Origin: Myxococcota bacterium
Lineage (GTDB): Bacteria > Myxococcota_C > UBA6777
DNA length: 48,837 bases
Assembly: GCA_023150835.1 (NCBI GenBank)
Contig: JAKLKB010000065.1
Location: forward strand, 1-48,837
Direction: 5' to 3'
Each line of letters begins with the position of its first letter. Positions within the stretch are counted from its first letter, which is position 1. Below, one piece after another: positions 9,038-18,469 of this stretch. The notes under the pieces were generated by a model. That model saw only the letters and a program-made list of their open reading frames with translations, did not search any database and had not been told where the DNA came from. A program made the position numbers and the translations under genes.

Positions 9038-10846
9038 ATGGGAAGAGCAAGCAGCCGTCGGGATGTCAAACGAGCGTTGAAGTGCGTTTCTCTTGTGATC
9101 TTTGGGACTCTTTTGTGGGGAGCACAGGCCGAAGCTTCGACCGATCGAAGCGCCGAGGCAGACCAGCACAAAAAGCCCCGAACCAACAGCAATCCCAACA
9201 AACATCACAAGGGGCGCGATGTTCGCTTGGCGCTGGTGATCGCCAACGAACACGGATGGGGAGCCGAGCCGCGCCTTGCTTATGCTGTCAAAGGTGATCT
9301 TCGTCGGATGCGTGATGCTTTGCGGCATCTGGGCTTTTTTTTACCCCCTGCTTTGGTGTTGGGAAACCAAGATCCTCAAGCCATCCGTACTGCTTTTGCG
9401 ACTGTCAAGCGTTTGATTCAAGAAAAAGGCGTGACCACGTTTTTCTTTTATTATAGTGGCCATGCCGACAAAAACCACCTTCACACAGGGCCTCCACCGA
9501 TGTCTTGGGGGAGCGCATCTCCGCTTACGCCAGACCCCAAAGCCCCGATCTCTTACGCAGAGTTTGCTTCCTTTCTACAAGACTTGCGGATCCCAAGGCG
9601 CTTTGCATTGATCGATGCTTGCTATAGCGGCATGATCGCCAAGCATTTTGGTAACGCTGTGAACTTTCGCCGCGCCATCGCGCAACAACAACTCCCCAAA
9701 GGCGTCGAGCCGATCTTTGTGTCGGCGGATCTCAAAAAGTACCTACATCAAAACGATCCCAACGCGCAAACCATCCATATCCTTGCATCGACCGCAGATG
9801 ATCAACTCGCCTTTGAATCCCAAAAGCTGAAAGGATCGATCTTTACACATCATTTTTTGCGTGGACTCGCAGGGCGCGCAGAACGCGGCAACAAAGGGAC
9901 GATCTCCATGGACGATCTCGCCAACTATGTGCGTCCCCTTGTGGCCCGCGACACTCACGGGCAAACGCCCACCGAATGGAAGCTTCATCAAGGCCGCGAT
10001 GCCTACGCCTTGGCTGCCACGTATAAAAGCATCCTTGAGATCCCGACAGCCCTCCAAGGACGTTTCAAAGTCCTGATCGGTGACGCCCAAATTTCGTGGA
10101 ATACCGCGCAACGCACGGTTGCGAAACTGCCTGTGGTCGTAGGAAAAGGCATCTTGTTCCACCAAGACGCAAAGACCAAACGCTGTCGCTCGTATGCGTT
10201 GGAGGTCGCCCCTTCGCAACGGATCGAGCTTCTACCCGCGCTTTGGCAGGAGATCCCCTGCCATCAAATAGGTGTGGGAGCCAAAGGAGAGCCGATCTTG
10301 CCCATGCACTTGATGGAACAGGCCGACCTGACAGAAGATTGGAGCCTCGAATTGCAGGGCGGCATGTGGGGCAGCAACGGTTTGTTTAAACTTCCAGAAG
10401 GCGATCGGATGGGGATGTTGTCGGTGGGGATGCGTTGGCGCTATGCAGCGATCTCGGTGGGCACGGGGCTTGGACCTGTGTCGTTTCTGCAACAAGACGG
10501 AACCTCGAAGGCTTTTTGGCAGAACTGGTTGAACCTACGCGGTGAAGGCGGATATCGCCATCAGTGGGATCGCCTCGACTTGTTTGTCGGGGCGTATCTT
10601 GGGGTGGGCGTGTTGCTGCATGATCTCAATGAACAAGCGATCCCGTCCTTTTCTGTTCAAGGCGGGCTGTTATGCCAATTGGGGATCTGGTTGGATCAGC
10701 GATGGGCGCTGTTGGTCTCCGCAGAAGGTGGCGGGCATCCTGCCTTTGTGCAAGAAGCGCAACATCGCGTGTTTCGGTTCTTTGCGACCTACAGCCTGCG
10801 CGTGGGCGTTCGCTTTCGCTTTGGCCCCAACCGCTTACTGTTTTGA
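9038..10846 (+). CDS. Exported caspase-family (peptidase C14) protein with C-terminal beta-barrel-like domain, module 2
   Basis: Signal peptide ..LLWGAQAEA; RLALVIAN, FYYSGHAD (His 9461), LIDACYSG (Cys 9620), GSIFTHHFLRGLAG; C-terminal amphipathic strands (YSLRVGVRFRF). Confidence 0.88.
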   Translation: MGRASSRRDVKRALKCVSLVIFGTLLWGAQAEASTDRSAEADQHKKPRTNSNPNKHHKGRDVRLALVIANEHGWGAEPRLAYAVKGDLRRMRDALRHLGFFLPPALVLGNQDPQAIRTAFATVKRLIQEKGVTTFFFYYSGHADKNHLHTGPPPMSWGSASPLTPDPKAPISYAEFASFLQDLRIPRRFALIDACYSGMIAKHFGNAVNFRRAIAQQQLPKGVEPIFVSADLKKYLHQNDPNAQTIHILASTADDQLAFESQKLKGSIFTHHFLRGLAGRAERGNKGTISMDDLANYVRPLVARDTHGQTPTEWKLHQGRDAYALAATYKSILEIPTALQGRFKVLIGDAQISWNTAQRTVAKLPVVVGKGILFHQDAKTKRCRSYALEVAPSQRIELLPALWQEIPCHQIGVGAKGEPILPMHLMEQADLTEDWSLELQGGMWGSNGLFKLPEGDRMGMLSVGMRWRYAAISVGTGLGPVSFLQQDGTSKAFWQNWLNLRGEGGYRHQWDRLDLFVGAYLGVGVLLHDLNEQAIPSFSVQGGLLCQLGIWLDQRWALLVSAEGGGHPAFVQEAQHRVFRFFATYSLRVGVRFRFGPNRLLF

Positions 10847-10904
10847 GCCCTTTTTCTTCCCATGCCGTTGCCACGGGCGGCTTTCTCTTCTCGCTCCTTG
10901 ACCT

Positions 10905-10982
10905 GATAAGAGTCGCTTGTTGGACGGTTTTTGGGGTTTCACCCCACACCCCACAAGGGAGCGCGGCTCCCTTGACCCCGCA
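10905..10982 (-). mobile_element. Partial MITE family A copy (twin hairpin) between convergent genes
   Basis: TGGGGTTTCACCCCA and CAAGGGAGCGCGGCTCCCTTGACCCCG. Confidence 0.7.
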
Positions 10983-10986
10983 TTTT

Positions 10987-12192
10987 TTAAGGGGTGGGAG
11001 GGAGGGGATCGCAAAGCCAAGAGGTGACAACAAACCATCCTGCGAGGGTGGTGATGCGGGAGGTGGTGGCGGTGCGTCGGGTGCGGTCGTCGGGATAACA
11101 TCGGCGTTGGGGATGGGAGTAGACAAAGTCGTAATCTTTGTTGGGAGCGACGTTGAAAAAGACCGCAAGTCCTGTGCTTTGGGTGGAGGTGGCGCTGCTT
11201 TGCCCGGGGTCAGGGATGTAGATCGGGCCTGTTCCTGAGGCGGGTGTCATCACGACAGTCCCGCCGACCACGGGCTTGAGGAAGGGATCGAGTTCTTGGA
11301 TCTCGGCACCGACTTGGGCCTTTGTCCAGTCGAGAGTGTTGACGCCAAGCAAAGCGGCGATCTGGGTTGCGGTGGTTTTGGTGAACATCTCCGCACGGAT
11401 TCTTGGGATGCCCCGAGAAAAAGTCTTTGAATCAACATAGAAAGGAAACATCATGGGAACGAGATCGCGCACACTATCCTCGAAGGTGACGGCGATCTCT
11501 GTATCATAGGGAACCCCTGAGAGGACGTAGCTTCCGTCTTGGGCAGAGAGAACACACGGTGTACTCGGGCGTTGGTAGAGGCAGACCTTTACACCGCCAA
11601 GTGTGGGGTTTCCGGGCGCAAAGAAGTCTGCGACGATACCTTCCAAAACAAAGGTCTTGGTGGCTTGTTCGGGAGAAGGTTCGCTGAGTGTTTCAGGAGA
11701 AAGTTCGCTGCTGTGTTCGCTTGGGGTGTCGGGAGAAGGTTCGCTGCTGTGTTCGCTTGGGGTGTCAGAAGAAAGTTCGTGGTTTTGTTGATCCGCGAGG
11801 GGTTCGTTGTGGTCGGGAAGGAGGGGTTCTTGGGCGTCGGGTATCGCGTCAGAGGTTGATTCGGAGGGGGTGGTGTCGGAGATCGGCTCGGAGGCGTCGG
11901 AGATCGATTCGGAAGGGGTGGTGTCGGGTGGGCTGGGTTCTTGGGCGCTCTCGGGTGAAGAGGGTTCGGTGGATGGTTCGGATACTTCGGTGGGTTGGGG
12001 TTCTTTGGCGCTCTCGGGTGATGCGTCGGTGGTTTTTTCGGTGGTGGCCTCGGTACTGGTGGGGACTTGGCAAGCCGACCATGTACTGACAACGAAGAGA
12101 AAGGCGATAAGAGATCCGAACCATCGGACATTTGAGAGAGGCGCGAGGCGCGAAGAAGCGGTGTACGAAGTGATGTGTTGTGTGGGCTTCAT
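10987..12192 (-). CDS. Putative lipoprotein: acidic Ser/Pro/Glu linker plus carboxypeptidase-regulatory-like beta-sandwich domain(s)
   Basis: Lipobox-like WSAC after hydrophobic stretch; long EPS-rich region with in-frame 36-bp repeats (~11695-11780); LEGIVADF..LGGVKVC..DGSYVLSGVP. Confidence 0.7.
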   Translation of the reverse strand: MKPTQHITSYTASSRLAPLSNVRWFGSLIAFLFVVSTWSACQVPTSTEATTEKTTDASPESAKEPQPTEVSEPSTEPSSPESAQEPSPPDTTPSESISDASEPISDTTPSESTSDAIPDAQEPLLPDHNEPLADQQNHELSSDTPSEHSSEPSPDTPSEHSSELSPETLSEPSPEQATKTFVLEGIVADFFAPGNPTLGGVKVCLYQRPSTPCVLSAQDGSYVLSGVPYDTEIAVTFEDSVRDLVPMMFPFYVDSKTFSRGIPRIRAEMFTKTTATQIAALLGVNTLDWTKAQVGAEIQELDPFLKPVVGGTVVMTPASGTGPIYIPDPGQSSATSTQSTGLAVFFNVAPNKDYDFVYSHPQRRCYPDDRTRRTATTSRITTLAGWFVVTSWLCDPLPPTP

Positions 12193-12240
12193 GGAATGAT
12201 CCTATTGGCGTTTGAGAGAAAGGATTGCAGCGGGTCGGGG

Positions 12241-12395
12241 GTGGTTTCGCGGATGATCGTCATGCAAGAGTTGCATCCATACAGACAACCGGCGAGAAAC
12301 AAAAAGTGGTTTCGCGGATGATCGTCATGCAAGAGTCGCATCCATACAGACAACCAGCGAGAAACAAAAAGTGGCTTCGCGAATGATCGTCATGG
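12241..12395. repeat. 65-bp tandem repeat x2.4 overlapping the stop of the 12390 gene
   Basis: GTGGTTTCGCGGATGATCGTCATG.. at 12241, 12306, 12371. Confidence 0.9.
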
Positions 12396-14174
12396 CAAAA
12401 GCCTTTCGGTGTGAAGGAGAAAGACGACGGTTTGAGTCGGGTTGTTTTGCGGCGTAGGGAAGCGAGAGTCTGCCCAAACAAGTGTAGGGGAGTTTGTGGT
12501 TCCTGAGAGAACAAAGCTGCCGTCGGGTTGAGCGAGCAAGCGCCCTTGGGCGGTCTGTGTGTGGGATCCGTGCAAGGTTCGGAAACTACGCCAGCGGCCT
12601 TGTGGATCGAGTGTTGCGAGGAAGATATCGCGGTTGCTTTGGGCTTTGTGATTGGGCGATATCGCAGCGGGGAGTTGGATATCACCTTGGAAATCACCCA
12701 AAAGAGCGATACCTTGGGAGGTTTGTGCAAGACTTTGTAGGCGTACGGCTGAAGTGGCGGTGGTGGCGGTGAGCTGTTGTGTCCATTGAAGTTTGCCTTG
12801 TGTATCCCAATGGGCGATGAATCCGCTGTCTTGGGGGGAAGAAAACAAGGAGAGATGTTCGGAAGAGAACAGTTCGCCCCGGTAGGTTCCGGCCAAGAAA
12901 ACCCCTGATGTTGCGGCATAAAGCGCTTGTGGGATCTCATCGCCTGAGACAGCATAGAAAAGATCGGCCCAGACAGGATGCCCATCGGATCGGACGTGCA
13001 TGATATAGGGATCTTGTCCGTCTGTCATGGCGCGTAGTCCGGCGCTTTTGATGGAGGGTGCAGGGAGCGTCAAGTAAAAGCGATGGGTGATGTAGAGGTT
13101 GTGCGAGGGAGGAGAGGCGGCTGTTTGAGCGAGAGCGATCTTTGGGAGGAGGAACCCTTGGGTCGCGCTTCCGTAGGCCAACGTCCAACGGTCTCGGCCA
13201 TCAAGGTCAAGCCGCGAGAGAAAGTCGGCCCCTTGATACACCGAAGGAGATGGCGTGCTGTAGAGGCGACCATCAAAAAGCAGGAGATCTTTTCCATAGA
13301 ATTGTCCGGCGACATAGAAGGCATCGCTTTCTGCGATCGCAAGGGCGCTTGCGAGGACATCACCCTCTCCGCCTGCCGAACGCGCCCACAGGACATCACC
13401 GTCTTCGTTGAGGCGCATCAGAAAACTGCTGATGCCTTTGTGCTTGGGCAGGCGATGGTTGCCGAGCGTAAGCACCGCGCTGGTGTACGTTCCGAGTAGA
13501 TAGATCCCTGCTTGTGGATGAATGGCGATGGATGTAAGGGCTTCGTCGCCTTCGGCTCCCCATACCTTGACCCATCGTGCCGAGCCTGTGGGTGAAAGGC
13601 GCAACAAAAAAGCTTGGCGGCGGTTGGCTGCTGTGTCAGTCACGGAAAGCCCCGCTAGTTCGGCTTGATCGGCATGAAGCCACCCACCGACGAGAAGGTC
13701 TCCGTTTGGGTGGCGTTGTTGATCGGTGATGGCGATGGCTTGATCGGCTCGGAAAAAGCGTATCCATGGGAGATTGGAGGGGGGTTGTTCTGCGCCGGAT
13801 TCGTGGACTGGTTCGGGGGTGTGTTCTGTGGATGAAGGTTCCGAAGATGTGGACTCTTGGGGGATTTCCGCAGGGTCATCTAGGGTGGTTTCTGGGAGCG
13901 GGAACTCGGAGGTTTCGGATGTGGAGGCATCGGACAGATCAGGTGGTAACGGCTCAGCGGAGTTGGGAGAGCGTAAGCAGAGGCCGCGAAAGCAAGAAAA
14001 TCCGTTGGTGCATTGGCGGTTTGAGCGGCATTGACCGCTTTGATTGATGCAGCCCGCCAAAGCGAACCAAGCGAGCAACGCGAGGAGGAAAAAGTGACTT
14101 GTTGATAAAAAGCCTGTGGATCTGTTCTTCGTGAAAAAGGACTGCGAGAGGAGGAAGACGTGACTTGTTGACAA
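12390..14174 (-). CDS. Putative lipoprotein: Cys-rich N-terminal module plus beta-propeller
   Basis: LLAWFALAGC lipobox; CRSNRQCTNGFSCFRGLC; repeated blades (AFLLRLSPTGSARW, FLMRLNEDGDVLWA, DIFLATLDPQGRW); start uncertain (TTG 14174 chosen because the longer ORF runs through a MITE). Confidence 0.75.
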   Translation of the reverse strand: MSTSHVFLLSQSFFTKNRSTGFLSTSHFFLLALLAWFALAGCINQSGQCRSNRQCTNGFSCFRGLCLRSPNSAEPLPPDLSDASTSETSEFPLPETTLDDPAEIPQESTSSEPSSTEHTPEPVHESGAEQPPSNLPWIRFFRADQAIAITDQQRHPNGDLLVGGWLHADQAELAGLSVTDTAANRRQAFLLRLSPTGSARWVKVWGAEGDEALTSIAIHPQAGIYLLGTYTSAVLTLGNHRLPKHKGISSFLMRLNEDGDVLWARSAGGEGDVLASALAIAESDAFYVAGQFYGKDLLLFDGRLYSTPSPSVYQGADFLSRLDLDGRDRWTLAYGSATQGFLLPKIALAQTAASPPSHNLYITHRFYLTLPAPSIKSAGLRAMTDGQDPYIMHVRSDGHPVWADLFYAVSGDEIPQALYAATSGVFLAGTYRGELFSSEHLSLFSSPQDSGFIAHWDTQGKLQWTQQLTATTATSAVRLQSLAQTSQGIALLGDFQGDIQLPAAISPNHKAQSNRDIFLATLDPQGRWRSFRTLHGSHTQTAQGRLLAQPDGSFVLSGTTNSPTLVWADSRFPTPQNNPTQTVVFLLHTERLLP

Positions 14175-14300
14175 AAAGCCCGCGTTCGTACGAGCACAAG
14201 CGACAGGATCGTTGGTTTGAAAAACCGTGATCTGTTCGCCCCTCACGGGGTCAAGGGGCGAACGTCCCTTGTGGGGTTTGGGGCAACGCCCCACAAAAAT
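14173..14300 (+). mobile_element. MITE family A core between divergent lipoprotein genes
   Basis: AAAAAGCCCGCGTTCG..CAAGCGACAGGATCGTTGGTTTGAAAA..ACGGGGTCAAGGGGCGAACGTCCCTTG..TGGGGCAACGCCCCACA. Confidence 0.75.
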
Positions 14301-14416
14301 AACCCCAGCAAATCGTATCGTTCGAGAGAGAACAAAAAAAAATGCACCCATGCTTTCCAACACACGACACTTTTGGTTAGAGTAGTCTCTCTGCCTTAAA
14401 GATGGAGTACAGCGAG

Positions 14417-17062
14417 ATGTGGAGAAAAAGTACAAGAGCGCTCGGACGAAAGAAAGGGCGGTGTACTTTCTGGTTTGTTATGTTCTTGGGAAGCTTACTG
14501 TTTTCTTGTGAAGACCGCGAACTGCCGTGTTCTTTTTTGGGGAACGTATGCGACGAGTCGCGTCTTTGCGTGATGGGGCAGATCTGTTCGTGTGGTGTGT
14601 GCGTATCCTGCCCGTCGATGGGGAGTATTTGTCGTAGCGACCAAGGTTGCGAAGCGTCCGAGCAATGCGTGTGCGGGGCGTGCGTAGGGCGAAAAGGAAG
14701 AGAAAAGCAGGAACCCACCACACAAGAGAACACAGCCGATCGTTCAGAAAACACGGCAGAGGGGGGAACACAAGAGCAAGGGGCTGAGGACCACAGCGAA
14801 TCACGGATGATCGAGTCAGAGGCTATTTCGGAGGTGACGAGAGAAAAAGGGCGAGTGCGTGTGATCGCGGTGGTGGTGGGTTTGCGCGGAGTTGGGATCG
14901 GGAAGGTGGTTGTGCGGGTTGGGTGGAGCGGAGGGCAGCAGAAGAGAGCAGCGGATCTGTCCGAAGAACGAGGGACTTGGAGTGCGGTGGTGGAGGGGGT
15001 GTCCGAGGCGGAGGCGTTGGCGGTGCAGGCGGAGGCGCTGGACGCGGAGGGGCGGGTGGTGGCGAGCGTGGAGGTGGGAGGGGCAAAAGTCCGAGAGGGT
15101 CAAGAGGGAGTGTGGTGGTTGTGTTTGCGGCCTGCGATGGGGGAGATGCGAGCAGTGAACCGAGCGCCACGTTTGTGGGGGGTGTGGGTCGATCGCGCCG
15201 AAGCCAAAGGTGGCGAATCGATCGAGTTGCGCGTGTGGGCTTCGGATGATGCGCAAGAAAGAGTGCGTGTGTTGTGGGAGGCGGATGTGGGGGAGGTCAA
15301 GGCGCTTGCGGAAGATCACTTTCGTTGGGAGATGGCTGCGACAGTACAGGCCGCGAAGGTTCGGTTGTTGCTGCGTGTGCTGGATGATCGGCAAGGGAAG
15401 ACGGTCGCCTCGGTGCATCTTCCTGTGTTTCGTGCCGGATTGACCGAGAAGATGGTATTTTTGCGTGGGCCGACTTTGCACAACGCACGGGCGATTCGGC
15501 ACCGACTGCAACCTGCGATGACCACGGGGTTTGAGGTCGGTATCGAAGAAGGAGATGGCGGTGCGTTGCGTTATCGTTGGTCAGATGGTGGGGGCGTATG
15601 TGCGGGGCGTTTTGACCATGCCGAGCGAGCATTGCCGCAGTGGACGGCTCCGTCGCAAAAACCCACGCAAGATCGGTGTGTGCTGGTGTTGCAGATCGAA
15701 GATCAAGCGGGCCATACGCTCGAAGAGACGGTCGAAGTGGGGTTTGTCGGGGATACTTGGGCGCTGGGGCTTGCGCGCAACCAGAGTTTGCAACATGCGC
15801 GGATGGCGCGGACCAAGGACGGCGATCTGGTGGTGGTGGGCTGTTATTTGGGGAGAATGGATGTGGCGGGATTGCGTTTGTTGGATGAGACGGGGGTGGA
15901 TGTGAACTTTGTGGCGCGGGTGGATGAGCATGGGAGTGTGCGGTGGCTGTTGGGCATTCGAGGGAAGGGCAGACAGACGATCCGAGCGGTGGCAGCGGCT
16001 CCGGATGGCGATATCGTGTTATGGGGCCATTATACGGGGATGTTGGAGATCGAAGGCCAACAAGTGACATCGGTGGGGCGTGCGGATCTATTTTTGGCGA
16101 GGCTTCGTGGAGACGGAAGTGTTCGATTTATTCGGACGTTTGGGAGTGCGCAAGATGAAGATGCAGGAGGGCTTGCGATCGATGCGGAAGGGACGGTGTA
16201 TGTGTCGGGGTCGTTTGGGGGAACGATCCAGTTGGGTGCGTTTCGGCGGTTGTTGGTGGGGTGGGTGGATGGCTTTGTGGGGGCGATGACGGCGGAGGGG
16301 ACGTGGCTTTGGGTGCATACGATCAACGCGCGCTTTGTGTACATCCGCACGTTGCAGGTGACTGCGCAAAAGCAAGTGTGGGCGGGTGGGATGTTCCAAG
16401 CGGAGGCGACGTTGGGGACGATCAAACTACCTTATAAAGGCACCGAGTATCGGGGAGTTGTGGCGCGGATCGATCCGCAACAGGGATGGGCGGAAGCTGA
16501 GGCGTTTGGAGAAGTGGGGATCCTTGATCCGTTGTTTTGGGTGACGGAGACGGGAGAGTGGGTGTTGTGTGGGCAGTTCAAAGATCGCCTTGTCTTGGGC
16601 GATCTGGTGAGAGAGCGTCCCCATTCGGATCGTCACTTTTTCTTGGCGTTACGTGGTGCAGATCGCCGATGGAGATGGGTACGAACCTTGGCTGAGAAAG
16701 AAAGCGAAGAGGCGATCAATCGGGGAGTTTGCTCGGCTTTGTACGAAGAGAGCGGACAGATCTATGCGTTTGTTGGGACGCCTGCGCATACGACGATCAT
16801 GGGAGACTTTGTGTGTGCCGAGCAAGGCTGCGGAGGAGGGACGTGGCAGCGTTTGGATCGAGACGGTAAGTGGCTGGAGGTCGAGTGCGGAAGCGCGACA
16901 GAGTCGGGTCCGCCCGGGACGGCGATGGCTTTTTCAAAGGCCTCTTGGTTTACGGTGATGTCGTTGTCTGTTCCTGCGTATTTTTGTGGGGGAGGGCCGT
17001 CTGCGTATCCGCTTGGGATCACGCTACGCAAACGCCCACGTATCCTACCTTTGGGGCCTTGA
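14417..17062 (+). CDS. Large putative lipoprotein: Cys-rich N-terminus, Ig-like domains, C-terminal beta-propeller
   Basis: LGSLLFSC lipobox; ~13 Cys cluster; NRAP..ASDDAQ Ig-like segment; blades DLFLARLRGDGSVRF, DAEGTVYVSGSF, DGFVGAMTAEGTWLW; GGAG SD. Confidence 0.78.
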   Translation: MWRKSTRALGRKKGRCTFWFVMFLGSLLFSCEDRELPCSFLGNVCDESRLCVMGQICSCGVCVSCPSMGSICRSDQGCEASEQCVCGACVGRKGREKQEPTTQENTADRSENTAEGGTQEQGAEDHSESRMIESEAISEVTREKGRVRVIAVVVGLRGVGIGKVVVRVGWSGGQQKRAADLSEERGTWSAVVEGVSEAEALAVQAEALDAEGRVVASVEVGGAKVREGQEGVWWLCLRPAMGEMRAVNRAPRLWGVWVDRAEAKGGESIELRVWASDDAQERVRVLWEADVGEVKALAEDHFRWEMAATVQAAKVRLLLRVLDDRQGKTVASVHLPVFRAGLTEKMVFLRGPTLHNARAIRHRLQPAMTTGFEVGIEEGDGGALRYRWSDGGGVCAGRFDHAERALPQWTAPSQKPTQDRCVLVLQIEDQAGHTLEETVEVGFVGDTWALGLARNQSLQHARMARTKDGDLVVVGCYLGRMDVAGLRLLDETGVDVNFVARVDEHGSVRWLLGIRGKGRQTIRAVAAAPDGDIVLWGHYTGMLEIEGQQVTSVGRADLFLARLRGDGSVRFIRTFGSAQDEDAGGLAIDAEGTVYVSGSFGGTIQLGAFRRLLVGWVDGFVGAMTAEGTWLWVHTINARFVYIRTLQVTAQKQVWAGGMFQAEATLGTIKLPYKGTEYRGVVARIDPQQGWAEAEAFGEVGILDPLFWVTETGEWVLCGQFKDRLVLGDLVRERPHSDRHFFLALRGADRRWRWVRTLAEKESEEAINRGVCSALYEESGQIYAFVGTPAHTTIMGDFVCAEQGCGGGTWQRLDRDGKWLEVECGSATESGPPGTAMAFSKASWFTVMSLSVPAYFCGGGPSAYPLGITLRKRPRILPLGP

Positions 17063-17072
17063 TGGGCGGGTT

Positions 17073-18014
17073 CTAGGGGGTTTTGGGAGAGGCGGAGCGT
17101 TCTTGTTTGGCGAGGCGCAAGAGGCGCTGGGGAAAGTCGGTGATGATGGCGTCCACACCGAGGCGGATCATGCGTTGCATGTCTTTTTCTTCGTTGACGG
17201 TCCAGACATTGACGGCAAATCCGTGTTTGCGCGCCCATCGTATGTAGGCTTCGTCGACGATCTTGAAGTTGGGGTGGAGGGCATCAGGGCGAGCGAGAGA
17301 AAGCAGCCACAGATCCCGAAGGTAGAAGGCGGTGTCCTTGCTATAGATCAGACCGCGTGGAAGAGTTGGGGCGATACGTCGGAAACGCCACATCGAAAAG
17401 GGGTTGAAAGAAGAGACGATCACGCGATCTTGCATCTTGTACTTTTGCACAAGACGATAGGTTTCTTGTTCGTGGCCTTGATCGAAGATATCTTCGTTTT
17501 TCATCTCGATATTCAAGATGGCTTTCGGATGTTTTTGATAATACTGCAAGACTTCTTCGAGAGTCGGAGCGAGAGCGCCTCGGAAAGGGGGGGGGACAGG
17601 TTGGCGCGTGCGGATCTGAAAGTACTGCGAGAGATCGACATTGCGGAGTTGTTGGAAAGTAAGCTTGCGGATCACGCCTTGGAGAGGGAGGCGCTTTTGG
17701 AGGGTGTAGTCGTGAAAGACGACGAGTTGTCGATCGGCGGTCATCATCACATCAAGTTCGACGCCATGCGCACCGCCCTCCAGAGCAGCCTTAAAGGAAA
17801 GCATTGTATTTTCGGGAGCTTCTCCTGCGGCTCCCCGATGTCCAAGCAACATCGGGCGACCCCATGACTTGCCGAGTTCTGCGGTGGAGCGGGGCCACCA
17901 TGCTTTCCACCAGATCATCGTCGACACTCCTAACAAAAGAAAGGCGAGCAAAAGCATTCCGAACCACCGACGGCGGCGGAGAGGTTGTGTTGAAGGGGGG
18001 GGCGGCGTGTTCAT
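17073..18014 (-). CDS. Glycerophosphodiester phosphodiesterase with N-terminal membrane anchor
   Basis: GHRGAAGEAPENT, ELDV..TAD..VVFHD, LNIEMK, VSSF, VWTVN, GVDAIITDFP. Confidence 0.93.
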   Translation of the reverse strand: MNTPPPPSTQPLRRRRWFGMLLLAFLLLGVSTMIWWKAWWPRSTAELGKSWGRPMLLGHRGAAGEAPENTMLSFKAALEGGAHGVELDVMMTADRQLVVFHDYTLQKRLPLQGVIRKLTFQQLRNVDLSQYFQIRTRQPVPPPFRGALAPTLEEVLQYYQKHPKAILNIEMKNEDIFDQGHEQETYRLVQKYKMQDRVIVSSFNPFSMWRFRRIAPTLPRGLIYSKDTAFYLRDLWLLSLARPDALHPNFKIVDEAYIRWARKHGFAVNVWTVNEEKDMQRMIRLGVDAIITDFPQRLLRLAKQERSASPKTP

Positions 18015-18184
18015 GCAGAGCGGTCTCCGTGTAGAGGATTAGATCGTTCAGTTCACCGGCATCGAGCCGAGGAAAGGTGGTGTGTTCATGCAGAGCGGTC
18101 TCCGTGTAGAGGATTAGATCGTTCAGTTCACCGGCATCGAGCCGAGGAAAGGCGGTGTGTTCATGCAGAGCGGTCTCCGTGTAG
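18007..18184. repeat. 75-bp tandem repeat x2.4 duplicating the SD and start codon of the phosphodiesterase gene
   Basis: TCATGCAGAGCGGTCTCCGTGTAG at 18011, 18086, 18161. Confidence 0.92.
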
Positions 18185-18469
18185 GGGGTCTGGTGTTTGG
18201 GGGAGAGCGGCTGTTTGTTTTTTGCGGATGCGGTAGAAAGATCGCCACCCACAACACAGGGCTTTTGCAGCGGCTGTTTGTTTTTGCGGAGGCTGTGGGT
18301 CGGGCTGCGGTTTCGCGGGTTATTTTTTTGCGGAGGCTGTGGGCCGCCGCGTGCTGCGGGTGCGAGGATGGAGTCGTCGGGGGGCGTGCGTCAAGAGCGT
18401 TTTGTGTTGCGTGCTGTGGTGGAAGGTGTGTAGAGTGCATCCGAAAGGCTCGGAGGATAGGAGGTTTGT

